Shown: piece after piece, positions 1 through 13,813 of the stretch | Position numbering within the stretch: the first letter of the stretch is position 1 | Layout of the letters: every line of letters starts with the position of its first letter | Source of the DNA: the human T2T-CHM13v2.0 reference genome, Homo sapiens | NCBI RefSeq assembly: GCF_009914755.1 | Contig: NC_060926.1 | Direction: 5' to 3' (one strand) | DNA: 64,000 nucleotides | Program-made: the position numbers and the translations under genes | The notes under the pieces: generated by a model | The model's database searches: none | What the model was told of the DNA's origin: nothing | Seen by the model: the letters and a program-made list of their open reading frames with translations, nothing else

Positions 1-218
1 AAACGTAGTTGTCAGAAAAGACAAAGGATGCTTCAAAATACAAGATAGATTTTAGAAAAAAATCAAATGGAACCCTTTAAAAATGTAATCGTTGAAATTG
101 GGATAATTCAAATGAGAGGAACAGCACATATGATGCCCATGAAAAAAAGAATTAATGGGTGGTAGAATAGATTAGAATAATTTATCCCATATTGAACAAA
201 AAGAGATACAGAGATTTT

Positions 219-291
219 ACCTCATAGTTTACCTGTTAGAAACCTCATAGTTTACCTGTTAGAAACCTCATAGGTTACCTGTTATAAACCT
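219..291. repeat. 23-bp tandem repeat, ~3.2 copies (ACCTCATAGTTTACCTGTTAGAA)
   Basis: Units read directly at 219, 242, 265; third copy has 2 substitutions. Confidence 0.95.
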
Positions 292-504
292 ACCTCTAAT
301 TAGAGGACCAAAGAAAGAAAACAGAAAAAAGTGGAAGAGAACCAATATTCATAGAAATAATAAATATTTTTTCCCACAACTTATGAAAGAATGGAGTCTG
401 GAGAATCAGGAATCTTAGTAAGTCCTAAGAAAAATAAGTCCTATTGAGTACATACCTAAACTCATTACAGTGAAATTACATGCTACCCAATACAAGACAT
501 GATT

Positions 505-506
<2 letters not shown>

Positions 507-552
<46 letters not shown>
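507..552. repeat. (AC)23 microsatellite
   Basis: Perfect dinucleotide run. Confidence 0.98.
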
Positions 553-555
<3 letters not shown>

Positions 556-619
556 GAGATAAAACAGACTCCCAATAAAGAAAAACAAATTAGTCTGATA
601 GCAGACTTCTCAACAGTCA

Positions 620-1017
620 TCAGGGAGGCTGGGGTTTACCTTGACTGCTTAAATTAAAGTCCATTCCCAAGGACATCTCAAATGGCCAAGTAACCAGTCC
701 CTGCTTGTTTATAGAGTGTGGAAGTTGTTTAGATTTGCTATGGACCACCTCTCTACCTCCACCTCACTGAGCTCTGAGGCAAATGGATTCCCCTATTGTA
801 AACTAGGAATGAGTGTCTGAAAGAAGCCTTTTCTGATTCCCTGTAAAAGTTCATTCATCAGGAGGAAGGGGAGTCATTCCAGCCTTCACTGCCTGTGGAC
901 GGCAACAACTTCACTGTGGAAGACGCCAGTAGGTAAGAAGTTGCTCATGGAGCCCATATGAATAAAGACAACATTGAACCTGACTCCTTGGCTGCCTGTC
1001 TCCTTCCCCTTTCTACA
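620..1017 (+). mobile_element. Probable old solo LTR, family unassigned
   Basis: TATA-like ctgtaaaag (~841), AATAAA (961) and ...TACA end in LTR-like spacing. Confidence 0.35.
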
Positions 1018-1391
1018 GGAGAAGTAAAGGCATCTTTTAAGGACAAAGATGACAGTCTTTGTGCCTGGCTGAGTCCTTGCTTAGAGACACACAGAATAAT
1101 AGAATAAACTTGGAAGGATAGTAAATTGATATGTTTTTATTTGCCCCTGAAATTATGTTCCTTTCTAGCCTGTTCCTCCCAAGAATGAGCCACAGAGGGT
1201 GTTGCCCACAGCAGGAGGGAGTCGATTCTCATCTGAGAACAAAGTGTCTTGATGAATTCTATATTTTAAAGGTGGATTTTCTTGATCTCCTTAGTCAGAC
1301 TTAGTTTTGAAAGTCAAACTTTGTAGAGAGAGAAGAGATTTAGAAATTTTAAATCACCCTTTCTGAATGCCAAGGCTTTGGCCATATAATT

Positions 1392-1698
1392 ATTGATGGA
1401 TTGATTGATTGATTGATTGAAATGAAGTTTCACTCTTGTTGCCCAGGCTGGAGTGCAGTGGTGCAATCTTGGCTCACCGCAACCTCTGCCTCCTGGGTTC
1501 AAGCAATTCTCTTGCCTCAGCCTCCCGTTTCTGGGATTACAAGCATGTGCCACCATGCCCGGCTAATTTTGCATTTTTGGTAGAGATGAGGTTTCTCCAT
1601 GTTGGTCAGGCTGGTCTCGAACACCCGACCTCAGGTGATCTGCCCACCTCGGCCTCCCAAAATGCTGGGATTACAGGCATGAGCCACCGCACCCGGCT
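1392..1698 (-). mobile_element. AluSp/Sq-type SINE with (TCAA)n tail
   Basis: Full antisense Alu; tttcactcttgttgcccagg, tctccatgttggtcagg and ccgacctcagg are Sp/Sq-like. Confidence 0.92.
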
Positions 1699-3284
1699 GG
1701 GCCGTATCAATTTAATTATGATCATGGTGTTAGTGTTTTCCACAGAGAGTCTCCTGAGAGTAGAGAGAGGGAGAGTGAGAGAGAGGTTGAGGCTGAGGTC
1801 TGTTAGAGCCTTGGACTTGTACTGGCAAAGTGGAAACCCCAGAAGAGAAGGAGAGGAGGTATAAGGTTCTGGGTGTGGAGGGTGGAGAAATGTTCGGTGG
1901 GCTGGTGTCACATAGCTTTTTCCATAGCTACTTTATTGTATCATTGCTTTAACATTGCTTTCTCAGAACTACTCTGATCATCTGACTCTCAATATACCCT
2001 TCTTCCCCATCTGTAGCCCTATTTTCTTAGGCTTTCTTTGCACTGATGCTTGTGTCATATGCCTATTTGCTGACAGGGTTATTGTCAGCTCCCTCACTGG
2101 AACATCTTCTCTGTTCTCTCGCCAGAGTCTGGACACAGCTGACCGTAATGTTTATTCAATCAATGACTGGTAAGGAAGCTAACATTCAAAGGTGCTTTGC
2201 TCTGCTTGCCTCCAGGACTGGGGAGGAAAATGCTTTGTAGAGTGTGCTTTATGCCATTATGGTCAAACTAGCATAGTCAGCCAAAAGAGAGGTGCCCACA
2301 TAGATCCCCCTGAAGAAGTCGCTGATGTGAAGGTGGCAAAGTACAAGAAAGACAGATCCAATCTGGGTCAACTGGGTTACACAGAGATCAGCTCTGCACT
2401 CCTAAGGCCATGGGAACCTGTTCCCGAACCTGTGGAGCATCAATTTTCTGTTCTACTCTGAGTTGTACCACAATTAGAAGCATCATTATGTGGAAAGGAA
2501 TTCCCAGAGGTTCCTAAACATCCTTCTCCTCCTTTAACCAATAAAGACATATGCATCTTGCATTAATACTGTGGAATAAATAATGAATTATAAACGGAAT
2601 AGAAATTATAATACAGTGATGTGATGTCTGCACAGATTTTTATGGTCCCTGGAGTCAGTCCCTTTAGAAATGTACATTATTTTCTCTATTTAAAGATATT
2701 CACAACTCTTTGTTAATCCAGCTCACCATACTCATCTAGGGACACTGGGAGGGAAAATGTATTTGGAATTCTACGGGCTCCATTCTTCCATTGCTTTTCA
2801 ATTAGAGACACCATTCGTCTTGTGTGTTTTATCTCTTGGAGCATTCTCCCATGTGCTGCCGGAAGATAACACTCTTTTCAGGTCTCTGAAGTTGCTGGGT
2901 TTTACTACGTGTCTCCTAACACCCATAGGTGTATGTAATCTCACTGTAACAGAATGTTGTCATGTCTTGTTGACTAATTAAGCATCCTCGTTCCAAATCT
3001 CAGCAGCTGAAAGTTCAAGTGTTAAATGGTGGGATAGTGAATCCAGGAGGCAGTGAATGAGGAGGCAACTCGGGCCCTGGCTGAGTTTTTACTTCTTTTT
3101 CTTCTGTTGCATTATTTTGTTTCTGTTTTGCCAGGTGCTGCCTGGTTAAAGATGCCAGTAGGCTCGACACAGAGCCAAATATACTGTCCAAATGTGAGAT
3201 TAGAAATTAGATCATATGTGATAAAAGACAGCAATTTATTTTAGCTTGGTGTTATATCAGGAAACTATGAAATAATATAATCAA

Positions 3285-4100
3285 TTTATTTGCTTACTCA
3301 CACAAGCAATGTCTGCTATGTGCCAGACACAGGAAAAAAAAATACCAGGGCTAAAATGATCCATAAGACAAGATTCTTGCTCTTGAAATACACAATCCAG
3401 TGGGGGAGGAAGACAAGTAGTAGACAGTTATAGGACAGCATCCTGAGAATTGGGAGAGAGATTTGTTTATGAGTCTTGGAAGTAGGAGTTAAATTCAGAG
3501 AAGGTGGCATTTGAGCAGTGTAAGGACCTGTTGGATGAATAGTGGGAATTGAAGTAGGAGAAAAACAGAATTTAGAAGATCATGAAGGACTTCTCATTCT
3601 ACAGCAAAAACTTGGGCTTTTACTCAAGGACTTGAGGAGCTGTTGAAGATTTCAACTGAGAAGCTTCGAGAGGAACCTTGAGACTGAGCTAGTGCCCTTC
3701 GATGGCTGTGTGAAAGGATGGACTTCATGGGAGGAAAGAATCCGACAAGCTGAGAGGACGCTAAAGAAAAAGAAAAGAGGCACTGAAGGACTGGGCTAAA
3801 CAGTGATGATAGACTCTCAAGTTATGGAAGAAGCACATAAATGGGGCTGAGCAGGTCGCTGGAGTTAGGGGAGTTGGAGTCTGCTTTGGCTACCTTGCAT
3901 GGAAATGATGCTGGTTGTTAAACCAAGGAATACAGGAAAAAAAAGACACTGTTTAGAGATGACATCATGATTTCAGTGTGAGTCAATTTCAGTATGAGAC
4001 ACCAATGAGACACTCAGGAGGAGTGGGCTAGTTAACCACCCACCAGTGCCCGGAGCTCAAGAGGAATGTCAGGGCTGGGATGAAGGTAAGTCAGAAACAC
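3285..4100 (-). mobile_element. L2 LINE fragment
   Basis: Antisense L2 3' end (atttatttg...ctatgtgccagacac) followed by purine-rich L2 body motifs. Confidence 0.65.
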
Positions 4101-4361
4101 TCCAGAACAGCTAAAAACCAAGTCTACATGCAGTGAGAATAACAGTAGCAAGATATAACTATATAATACTGGTCAATAATAAAATTTAAAGCAAACAAGA
4201 AGAAAACTAGGAAGGTAGACTTGGAGCAAGCATGTAGAGAGATATGAGAGATCCAGAAACAAGTCAAGTCCAGAAAGTTAACATGGGGAGAGAGTGGATA
4301 TATGATTTTCAGACACCATAGAAAGTGTCTGTCCTACTAGCATACAGCCCTATCCACTGGT

Positions 4362-4520
4362 TACTAGGTGAGGCAATAGATGTATTAATTAGCTGGGTTG
4401 TGGGGATATTTCAAAATGTATACATATATAAAAACAACACCTTGTACAAGTTAAATAAATAAAATTTCAATTCGTCAATGATACACCAATAAAGCTAAAA
4501 ACAAACAAACAAACAAAAAA
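4362..4520 (+). mobile_element. L1MA/L1MB-type 3' end
   Basis: gatgtattaattagctg...aatgtatacatatat...caataaagct followed by (AAAC)n tail. Confidence 0.75.
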
Positions 4521-4523
4521 GGT

Positions 4524-4832
4524 GGCCAGGTGCAGTGGCTCAGTCCTATAATCCCAGCACTTGTGGAGGCCAGGGTGAGCAGATCTCTTGAGTCCAGGAG
4601 TTTGAGACCAGTCTGGGCAACATGGTAAAACCCCATTTCTATGAAAAATGCAAAAACATTAAAGGTGGTGGCACATGCCTGTAGTCCCAGCTACTCTGGA
4701 GGATAAGATGGAAGGATTACCTGAGCCCAGGAGGTCAAGTCTTCAGTGAGCCATGATCACACCACTGCACTCTAGCCTGGGTGACAGAGGGAGACCCTGT
4801 CTTTAAAAAAAAGGAAAAGAAAAAGGAAAAGA
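4524..4832 (+). mobile_element. AluJ SINE
   Basis: Diverged dimer with cttgagtccaggagtttgag, gagcccaggaggtcaag, gagaccctgtct. Confidence 0.9.
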
Positions 4833-5924
4833 ACGGTGAGGAATTGTCAATGAATGTGTAGGGGAGAAAATGAAACAGAAAAGACTATTTCTAAGTTTTT
4901 CAGCCTTCTTGTCTTGGAGAAAGAGGGATTCTTTGATAGAAATAAGACTCTGGAAGAAGTAGTGCTTCTCAGCATATAAAAATGCCTTTTTAAAAAATGG
5001 TGATTCCAATTTCCCAAAGAAGAAATAGTTTTAGAGTGTACCAGAAGACTACTATAAACATTACACCTAATATGTCTCTTTAAATTTTGTGTATTCACTT
5101 AGCAGTGAACTTTGCACACCTTCATGTTAGTCCCTCAGTGAATACTCACTCACTTTCACACCGCTATGCCACCAATGCAATTACCATTCCAGTGCAAACC
5201 CAACTGTGGTGGTCCTACCTCACCTGTCAGGAGCAATTTCATAACAGAGAGCAGCACTGAGGTCTCATATTACTAATATTTCATTACATTTACAAAAGAG
5301 ACAAGAGTGCATTCATTAGTATACTATGAAATATTACCATAAATAAGTAAAATTAAATTATACTTGTCAAAATAAATGAACACTGCACACACCATGATTC
5401 AGTGTCCCTAATTCTTTTAATTATGTTTTTTTCTTACTTGCTAATTTGTGAAATTTGCTAACTCACAATGGACTCCCTTGTCATTAGTGAGAATGAGTCT
5501 GATTCTGCTGGAATACAAAGGGCTTTGCACACCCTATGTAGCATGGCTCCTGGCATTCTGTACCTGGAGCACCATGTTGACTAATTGGTGCTTTTTCTCA
5601 TGTCAAGCTTGTTGAAAGCTACATATTAATTATCACCTTTTGAAATTGGTGATTACAAGATGAATGTTATCCGGGTAAATGGAAGTGTACCATTTTGCTC
5701 TAAAATAGGAAATTCCAGTGCAGAGTTATAATAGCTAAAATGTTGCCCTATTTTTAGTGTTGTACCTTGATGTTTAATGTATGTTTTCTACGAATGCAAA
5801 GAACAGACAATTGTGCTAGTTTCAAATTTGTTGCTCTGCTGAGTCCACATTAATGATCCATCACCTAGAAAAATACAGAAGTCATTTTGGCCTATGTGAA
5901 GCATGGTAAAGCTTTAAATCCAGG

Positions 5925-6105
5925 CAATATTTATTGGGTACCTACTTTTCGTATGTATGCATTCTCCAGCAATTGTATATAAATTATCTGATTAATCCTC
6001 ACAATATTTCAGTGAGTTAGGCAGTTTGAGTTTCCTTTCATGAATAAGGAGTCTCAAAGGAGTTAGATAGACTTCCCAAGTTCATGCACCTGGTGAATGA
6101 CAGAT
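5925..6105 (-). mobile_element. MIR SINE
   Basis: atttattgggtacctact...taatcctcacaa...gacttcccaagttcatgcac. Confidence 0.65.
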
Positions 6106-6369
6106 GGGAACATACATCTTTCCATTACGTGTTTTACCTCCTCATGGCTTGATATCAGCTTATGTCAAACTGCCTGTAGATTGTATATTATTGTTAAGAA
6201 ATACATGGATTTGGATGATAAAGAAATAGGATACATGAAGAGAAAGACTGGAGAGGGGGCGTAGGGGAATCGTTAGCAGCAGGCATTAAGGAAAGGCTTA
6301 CGTAGCTGTGTCATTTCTAATTTTCATTCTTTTTGTGTTGGAAAAAGAATGATGTTTAAGAAAATTGAG

Positions 6370-6757
<388 letters not shown>

Positions 6758-6819
6758 TCAGGCACCAAAGATGTTAAAATTCTTTTGTAAGGCCTTTAAC
6801 AGGGCTCTGATCAGATAGA

Positions 6820-7661
6820 ATTTCACACCCTTCCCAGAATGTTTGCTGACACTCTGGAGCATTCTATGAAAGAGGGTGCAAAGTATCCTGCCTGACTTCC
6901 TCCAAGAGTAGGTCACATAGGTTTCCTCCTGCTCCCTCTCTGACATCTTGGTCCGTTGGGGTTACTATAACAAATTACTGTAACTGGGTGGCTTAGAAAC
7001 AGCCATCATTTATTCTTCACAGTCTGGAAGCTGGAAGTCTGAGACCAGGAGCCAGCATGGTCAGGTTCTGATGAGAGCTCTCTTCCTGACTTGCAGATGG
7101 CCACCTTCTGGCTGTGTTTCCAGGTGGTAGGGAGAGAGCAAAAGAGGTAACAAGCTCTGTTGTGACTCTTGTAAGGCCACTAATCCTTTTCATGAGGGCT
7201 CTATCCTCATAACCTCATCTCATCCTAATTAGCTCTCAAAGGCCCCACCTCCTAATACCATCACATTGGTGGGGTAGGGTTTCAATATATGAATTTGGAA
7301 GGATACCAGCATTCAAACCATAACGTCTCCCTTGGGCTATGCACAAAGGGAGTCCAGAAGTCTCACATAATGAGTGTTCATTCTGCTGCTACTGGACTGG
7401 AGACGCCACATAGAGGGGGAGAAGTTGAGGAGCCCAAGCTATCCCCAGTAGTAACACCAGTTTTGTGAGTCTGCAAGCCTTAAAACCACTGCAGTGCCCA
7501 GCCTTGAGCCAGCTCAGCCTCCTCCAGCAGAAGCAGAGAGATGGTGTCATCATGTAGACCCTCCCCAATGGCAGATTTTTGAGAAAAATAAATAAATGTT
7601 GATTTTGCTTTAAGCTGCTACATTTTAAGTGGTTTGTCACATAGTCATAGTAACTAGAACA
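6820..7661 (+). mobile_element. Older MLT1 (F/G/H-type) LTR split by an MLT1A insertion
   Basis: 3' part ends aaataaatg...tttaagctgctacattttaagtggtttgtcacatag...tagaaca; 5' part at ~6820-6940. Confidence 0.6.
6940..7324 (-). mobile_element. MLT1A-type MaLR solo LTR
   Basis: ctataacaaattac...ctgggtggctta, ggaagctggaagtctgaga, ggccccacctcctaataccatcacattgg, ttcaaaccataac. Confidence 0.85.
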
Positions 7662-8479
7662 CACTCTTGTGATATTTTTGTATCAGAGATCATAATTTAA
7701 TGTATATATTGTCTAAAAAAAGGCTGTTCCTGATACATTTCTATGGTATTGTTACAATAATGTTCATGTAACAAGAAAAAAATTCGTGCTGAAACCGCTT
7801 ACTTTTAAACTTCTAATACGATCACGAACAACATTTGTTGAACAGAGATTTTACTGTGGCCAATACAACAGGATATGTTTTGCTGAGATGATCTTTAATT
7901 CACTCAAGGAAAAATTCTAGAAGTTAGGCCTGTTGAAAACCTTCTGTTTAACCAATTATGTATATATTTTATATAATACCTAATACTTCCCAATACTCAG
8001 CAATAGAATTTATTTCTTTTGCCAACATTATCTTCCAAAAAGATACCAGGTTGATGTTTTTTCAAAGCACTTGTATATCTGATGATAATGTAAAACAATT
8101 TGACTAACTGTAATTCTTAGACCTCAAATTTCCTACTCCAAAATTCTAGAGCTGTGCTGGATAAGCTTTTTAGCACTTAACGTTGAGGCAAAGTATAAGT
8201 CTAGTGTTGTTTGCCTTTGTAGGTGATCATCGGATGACTCACGCAAACTAAATAAATGCATATACGATTTTTCTTTTATTAAAACACCAACAGAATCAGT
8301 TTGGGTATGGATCTGGTAAACATTTTGGAGTCTCATCTTTACATATGCAGGTCTTTATAAACCCTTGGGTCTGGGTCTCCCAAATGATGCCCAGTGTCAC
8401 TAATTGCTGGCACAGTCCCCACCCAGCACCTCTGTGTCCCCTTTTTTCTGTACCTAGGACCGTCTCCCTTTTCATTTAC

Positions 8480-8815
8480 CTTCCTGTGGCTCATTCCCCT
8501 TCTCGACATTCAGTGCTCTGCTATCCCACACAGGTTGACCCTGATTGCATGATCTAAAGGGAGTTTCCAGAGTCTCCCTTAACACTTTACCTTGTTTTAT
8601 TTACTTTAAAGCATTTGTCACTATCTCACAATATCCTATTTCTTCAGTTGTTTGCTTGTTTATGATGTTTCTTCTCCTATTAGAAATAAAACCCCATGAC
8701 AGCAGGGTACTTTTGTGTTACTCATTAAGTTCTTCCCTACAGCCTAACACTATGCCTGGAAGATAGAAATTGCCTCATGTATATTTTCAAATGAATGAAT
8801 GAATGGAGAAATGAA
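8480..8815 (+). mobile_element. L2 3' end
   Basis: cctaacactatgcctgg...(AATG)n terminus. Confidence 0.7.
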
Positions 8816-10652
8816 TGGACGGATAGTTGATATCCTGCACAGAAATGCCAAACATTTTTTGATTGAGATTTTTGATCCCTGCCAGCCGTCATCAATCCCT
8901 GTCCTCTCATCTTGTTTACCTCTCGGTTCTTTTCTTCCTATATTCCAGGTTGCATGGGCTTGATCCACAATGACTCAGCTTTCAGCCATCGCAATTGTGC
9001 TATGCTCAGCTGTCAAGTGTGTTTTAAATCTCCTACTACATTTTTTTTAAAGTTTTTCTGCCATCCTTTGTACTCCTTTTTAAAAACTTATCCAGGAAGT
9101 GGTATGAAATCTCCAGTACTTCTCGGCACACACAGATGCGTCTTTTTCTGTTTATTGTTTTCCCTCTGAGAGTTGTAGTGTTCAGTTGGTTACACCAAGA
9201 GAAGTACTTGGCTGGGACTGTTAAAAAAAGTGTCACAAAGCAGCACCAAGGAGAAAACAACACTGTTTTCTGAATGTTCGTGCTTGGAATTTCTTTACTA
9301 CAGGGAAAATGAGATGGGGGAGGGCCCTTCTTATCTATTTTCAGACAGACATCTCACAAATGCATAAAAAATATAATCCTTTTAGTTCCACTGGCCTTGT
9401 AGTTGTTGTAAATGCATCTTAAATTCCTAAATGATTTTTAAATTACATTATGTCTTTCAGCGGTGTAGGCTTTGATTTCTGAGGCTGTTAGCCAGATATA
9501 GGCTTTAACAAACACTCATGTTCTTTTGTCTTTATGTCTTTATTTTAAAATTATATATATACATATATATATGTATGTATGTATGTATAAGTATCCAGTG
9601 AGTATAAGAAAAATATCAAAGAGAAGAATTTTTCTCATTCTGTCTTCAAATAGGTAATACTTCACAAATTGATGTATGCTCATGGACAATAGCAGGTAAT
9701 GCTTTTGAAACTGAAAGATTTGTCTCTGAGTTCCAACAATTGTCTTAGCAGACAGAGTTTCAAGGTCATCAAATCTGTATCCATTGGTGGCATAGAAGAT
9801 GTCAATCACATTGCCTTTGAATCAGAACCTATCATTGTCAATACAGATAAACTGCAGGTTAACTCTCTCTCTGTCTCGCCCCTGGAAACTAGGCTTAATG
9901 TTTTGCCAAAAATTGGGTATTTGCTCTTGACCCTAGAGCAAAGGCTCTCACTTCAACAAAACTTTTCACTACTCTCCAGAAGAGCCAAGCCTCATACTGA
10001 TGAGAAGAAGAGAAGGAAGAGAAATGGGAAGCCGATCATTAAAATATTTTCCTGCAAGGGGAAGAAAACAACAATTCTTAAGTGCCAATACGAGACAGGC
10101 ACTATACTGAGCACTTTGGATGTGGTATCTGTTTACATTTATTTGAATAATAATCAGCATATAGAAATTCAACATAGATTCTGCACCATTTCTTTCAGTC
10201 CTTCTGGATGGTTTTTCATTTGTATTTGTAATAACTTGAAAGTTACTTAATCTCTCATTAAGTTGCTGAGGTATGCTTTTTAACATAATATTTGCATAGG
10301 CCATGAACCAGAATGAATAAAAGGAAAATCCCAAGATCTAGAACATTGTTTTAGAATTGATGCCTACCCAACACTTTGTCCTGAGTTTACTTAGCATATA
10401 GAAAGGAGTTACATACACAATGAACATTCGAGGACTGAATCTTGTAACTGAGATGAGTAAACAAAAAATGCCAGAAGCTCACTGCCTCCTCCACCCCCAC
10501 CACACCTGATGCAGTCCAGAGGCAAATTTCTTTGTTAATCCACTTATTTGTGTTATTTTTATGTATTTATACTTATAGTACGTAGCATATCTAAGCTCAT
10601 GTCTGTCTTAGGAATTGGAATTTTAGCAGGCAGAGAGATCATCACCTTAACT

Positions 10653-11103
10653 CTGTGGTGTTCAATCTTTTAGCTTCCCTGGGCCACATCACAAGAAGAA
10701 AAATTGTCTTGGGCCATACATAAAATACACCAACACTAATGATAGCTGATGAGCTAAAAAAAAAAAAACCTGTCAAAAATATCATAATTTTTTTCATTGC
10801 TTGAGCAATTTTTTTATTATTATTATACTTTAAGTTCTAGGGTACATGTGCACAACGTGCAGGTTTGTTACATATGTATACATGTGCCATGTTGGTGTGC
10901 TGCACCCATTAACTTGTCATTTACATTAGGTATATCTCCTAATGCTATCCCTCCCCTCTCCACCCACCCCACGACAGGCCCCAGTGTGTGATGTTCCCAA
11001 AAATATCATAATGGTTTAGGAAAGTTTACGAATTTGTGCTGGGCTGCATTCAAAGCCATCCTGGGTTGCACGTGGTCTGCAGGCCCCAGGTTGGACAAGC
11101 TTG
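10653..11103 (+). mobile_element. MER30 hAT MITE interrupted by an L1PA insertion
   Basis: caatcttttagcttccctgggccac...gatagctgatgagctaaaa...caggttggacaagcttg; 8-bp TSD ccttaact (10645-10652) / ccttaaat (11104-11111). Confidence 0.9.
10789..10997 (-). mobile_element. 5'-truncated L1PA (about PA3-PA5) 3' end with 15-bp TSD
   Basis: tatactttaagttctagggtacatgtgcacaacgtgcagg...; TSD CAAAAATATCATAAT at 10774-10788 and 10998-11012. Confidence 0.93.
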
Positions 11104-11176
11104 CCTTAAATGAAGTTTACAAATAGTTACAATTATGTTTAGTGCTACAGATTAGAAGTATATGCTAATATGTAAT

Positions 11177-11527
11177 TGATATGGTTTGGCTGTGTTCCCA
11201 CCCACATCTCACTTTGAATTATAATAATCCTCACATGTCAAGGGTGGGGCCAGGTGGAGATAATTGAATCATGGAGGCAGTTTACCCCATACTACTCCCG
11301 TGGTTGTGAATAAGTCTCATGAGATCTGATGGTTTTATAAATGACAGTTTCCCTGCACAAGCTCTCTTGCCTGCCGCCATGTAAGATAGGACTTTGCTCC
11401 TCATTCATCTTCAGCCATGATTGTGAGGCCTCCCCAGCCATGTGAAACTGTGAGTCAATTAAACCTCTTTCCTTTATAAATTACCCAGTCTTGGATATGT
11501 CTTTATTAGCAGTGTGAGAATGGACTA
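11177..11527 (+). mobile_element. THE1 solo LTR
   Basis: tgatatggtttggctgtg start; gaggcctccccagccatgtg, caattaaacctctttcctttataaattaccc. Confidence 0.92.
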
Positions 11528-12859
11528 CGGGAAGATATAATCCAGTGTGAATGATACAAATTTCTGTGTCTAATACCTGAATACCTGAACTGTATTTGAT
11601 CACTAAGTTGCCATCTGCTTCTAAGGTACTCCTAGAGTGGACAAGGATACCTGCATACTAGCATTGGCTGATGATGGCTTTTTTCCCTCTTGAAGAAATG
11701 GCCATTCTGATAAGATGGCTTCTTCAACAAGTCAATAATCCCTAAAGTCTAGTTTCTTTCTATGGCTTTTGGGAAAAAGATGCATGAGACTCTTGGAATA
11801 TAAGCAAAAACTTATAAAATTCAATGTTGACTCAACTTGGAGTATTTTTCTCACATTCTAAAGAGTAATGAGGATGATAAGATGATGAATTCCATGTAAT
11901 AAGGAGAATGTAGGTGCAGAAGTGAGATACTTGTAAGTGGCTAAATTTTATGTTTCTCTATAACCAATGTGTTCCTGTGTGTTTTTACATTGGCCTGTGT
12001 GTGATTTAGGGCCAGAGGCATTGGCTTGACTGTTGGAAGCCTGGAGCTGTTTATTCTGGTTCTGTTACTTTATGTGTGAACACAGCAAACTTTATAAGAA
12101 TATTTTCCCAGATGCACTTTTCATTCATTTATCCACTCAGCAAGCTGTTTGGAGCTAATCACTGTGGAGGACAAGACATGGTAATTTTATCATTAATGGT
12201 CATAAAATATAGATTCAAAATTGTATTGATTAAAAATAAGTATGTAATGAGAACCTTCTAAAGCTGGTCAAATTCAAAGACTTGGTCCATAAGGGAGATT
12301 AACATAAGCCAACCCTTCTGGTGGTAAATTCTCAGTGCCAAGAAAGAAGTCTGTAGAAAAAAACATACTGGGGCACAGCCAGGGTGTGGTCAGTTCCACC
12401 TGTAGGGCTCAGGAAAACATTCATTAAAAAAGATATAATTGAGACAATTTCTAAACAGCAGTCAATATTTTCAAGGCAAATAAGGGCCAGGAAGCACACA
12501 CTAAAAGTCTGAGAAACTATACAGCTTGGCTCATTCTGGGAATATAAGCATTTTGGGATGGCTAGAAGAAGAGGGAGCGAAAAGATTTTAAACATGAGAT
12601 GATTATAAACTACATCTATTAAGCAGCTGTGTTTTAAGTTACGCTCTTTAATAGTAAAATTATAAACTCACTCACTTCGCCCAACAAACCTAGAGAGACA
12701 CTGTCGCTATTTGATTTTATAACAATGGGAGCAACGCTCATGGTTACATAAAGAGCTCAAGGTTACAGAGCTAAGAAGTGTAGAAATGCATGTTCATCTC
12801 AGACAACTTGTGTTCTTAACCGTTACATACTCCAGAGAGAAAAAAGATCCCAGCAGTCT

Positions 12860-13170
12860 CGTATACAGGCTAAGGAGTTTGGACTTTTCTGTAGACTTTA
12901 GCAAGCTCTCAACATCCATTAGCAATTGCATTTGGAAAGGCAAATGAGAGAATGTGGAAGGTTGACTTCAGAGAGAACAAGAGACAACTTCACTGGTCAC
13001 GGCAAGAAGGGGTGACATTCTCCAAAAGGTAGGAGTAGTGAGAGGGGAGAAGAAGGGTCAGATAACAGGGCTGTTACCGTGACAGATTTTATGAGTTTTG
13101 GAAACTGATTAAATGCAGCAGAGGAGGGAGAGGTTGGGGAGAAACCTGGGATGATTACAGAATAGATGAA
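12860..13170 (-). mobile_element. L2 fragment (preceded by a degenerate MIR at ~12640-12830)
   Basis: aggctaaggagtttggacttt, ggaaactgattaaatg. Confidence 0.5.
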
Positions 13171-13403
13171 CCTAAATGTCTTCAAGTCAAGATTATATAA
13201 ACCAGTTTGTAAAACTAGGATTCAAAACTTTCATTAATACTTCTTGCTGGCTCTGTCTACATTCATGCTATAAAATCCACCGTCTCTCCCATCCCACTGG
13301 AAGCCCTATGGCACATTTGAAGCAATCCCCTTGGTTTCCATGGAGCATCTGCCATTCCCCTCTGTTTCCAGTTGGCTGATTATAGAAATGTCTCCCTTGC
13401 CAT

Positions 13404-13813
13404 CTATATTAGTTTGCTCAAGATGCTGTAACAAAAAACCACAAACTGGTGGCTTAAGCAACAGAAACTTATTTTCTCAGAAGTGTGGAGGCTAGAAGTT
13501 TGATATCAAGGTGTTGGCAGGATTAGTTCCTGCTGGGGGCTCTGAGGAAGAATCTGTTCCAGGACCTCTCAACTTCTGCTGATTTGCTGGCCATCTTTGG
13601 TGGTCCTTGGCTTGTAGATCTATGTCTATGTGTCTGTCTCCAAATGTTCCCCTTTTATAAGGATTAGACCACGGACCCACATTACCCAAGCATGACCTCA
13701 TCTTAACTGACTACATCTGCAATAACCCTCTTTTCAAATGATGTCACAAATAAGGTATGGGCTTTAGGACTTCAACATATGAATCTGTAGGGAGCACAGT
13801 TTAGTGCATAACA
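13404..13813 (-). mobile_element. MLT1B/C-type solo LTR
   Basis: tattagtttgct...ggtggcttaagcaacagaaa, atcaaggtgttggcagg, catgacctcatcttaact, ggacttcaacatatgaat. Confidence 0.85.

Larger units (their letters stand above)
1..616 (+). mobile_element. Old L1 (L1M-type) fragment, ORF1 region
   Basis: A-rich strand with degenerate ORF1-region motifs (aaatcaaatggaa, gaaataataaatattttttccca, catacctaaactcattacagtgaaatt, gcagacttctcaacag). Confidence 0.7.

Noticed and set aside
219-291. CRISPR-like array
   Set aside because: Head-to-tail repeat without spacers, in mammalian DNA; the hairpin units at 15266-15344 likewise have only two copies
1314-1911. ORFs of 80-142 aa
   Set aside because: Typical Alu translations ([20 protein letters not shown]); same for ORFs at 6461, 22600, 24841, 30384, 50212
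9699-10250. Longest ORF (183 aa)
   Set aside because: No recognisable domain, AT-rich non-coding composition, 3' part overlaps degenerate MIR-like sequence, no promoter or splice support
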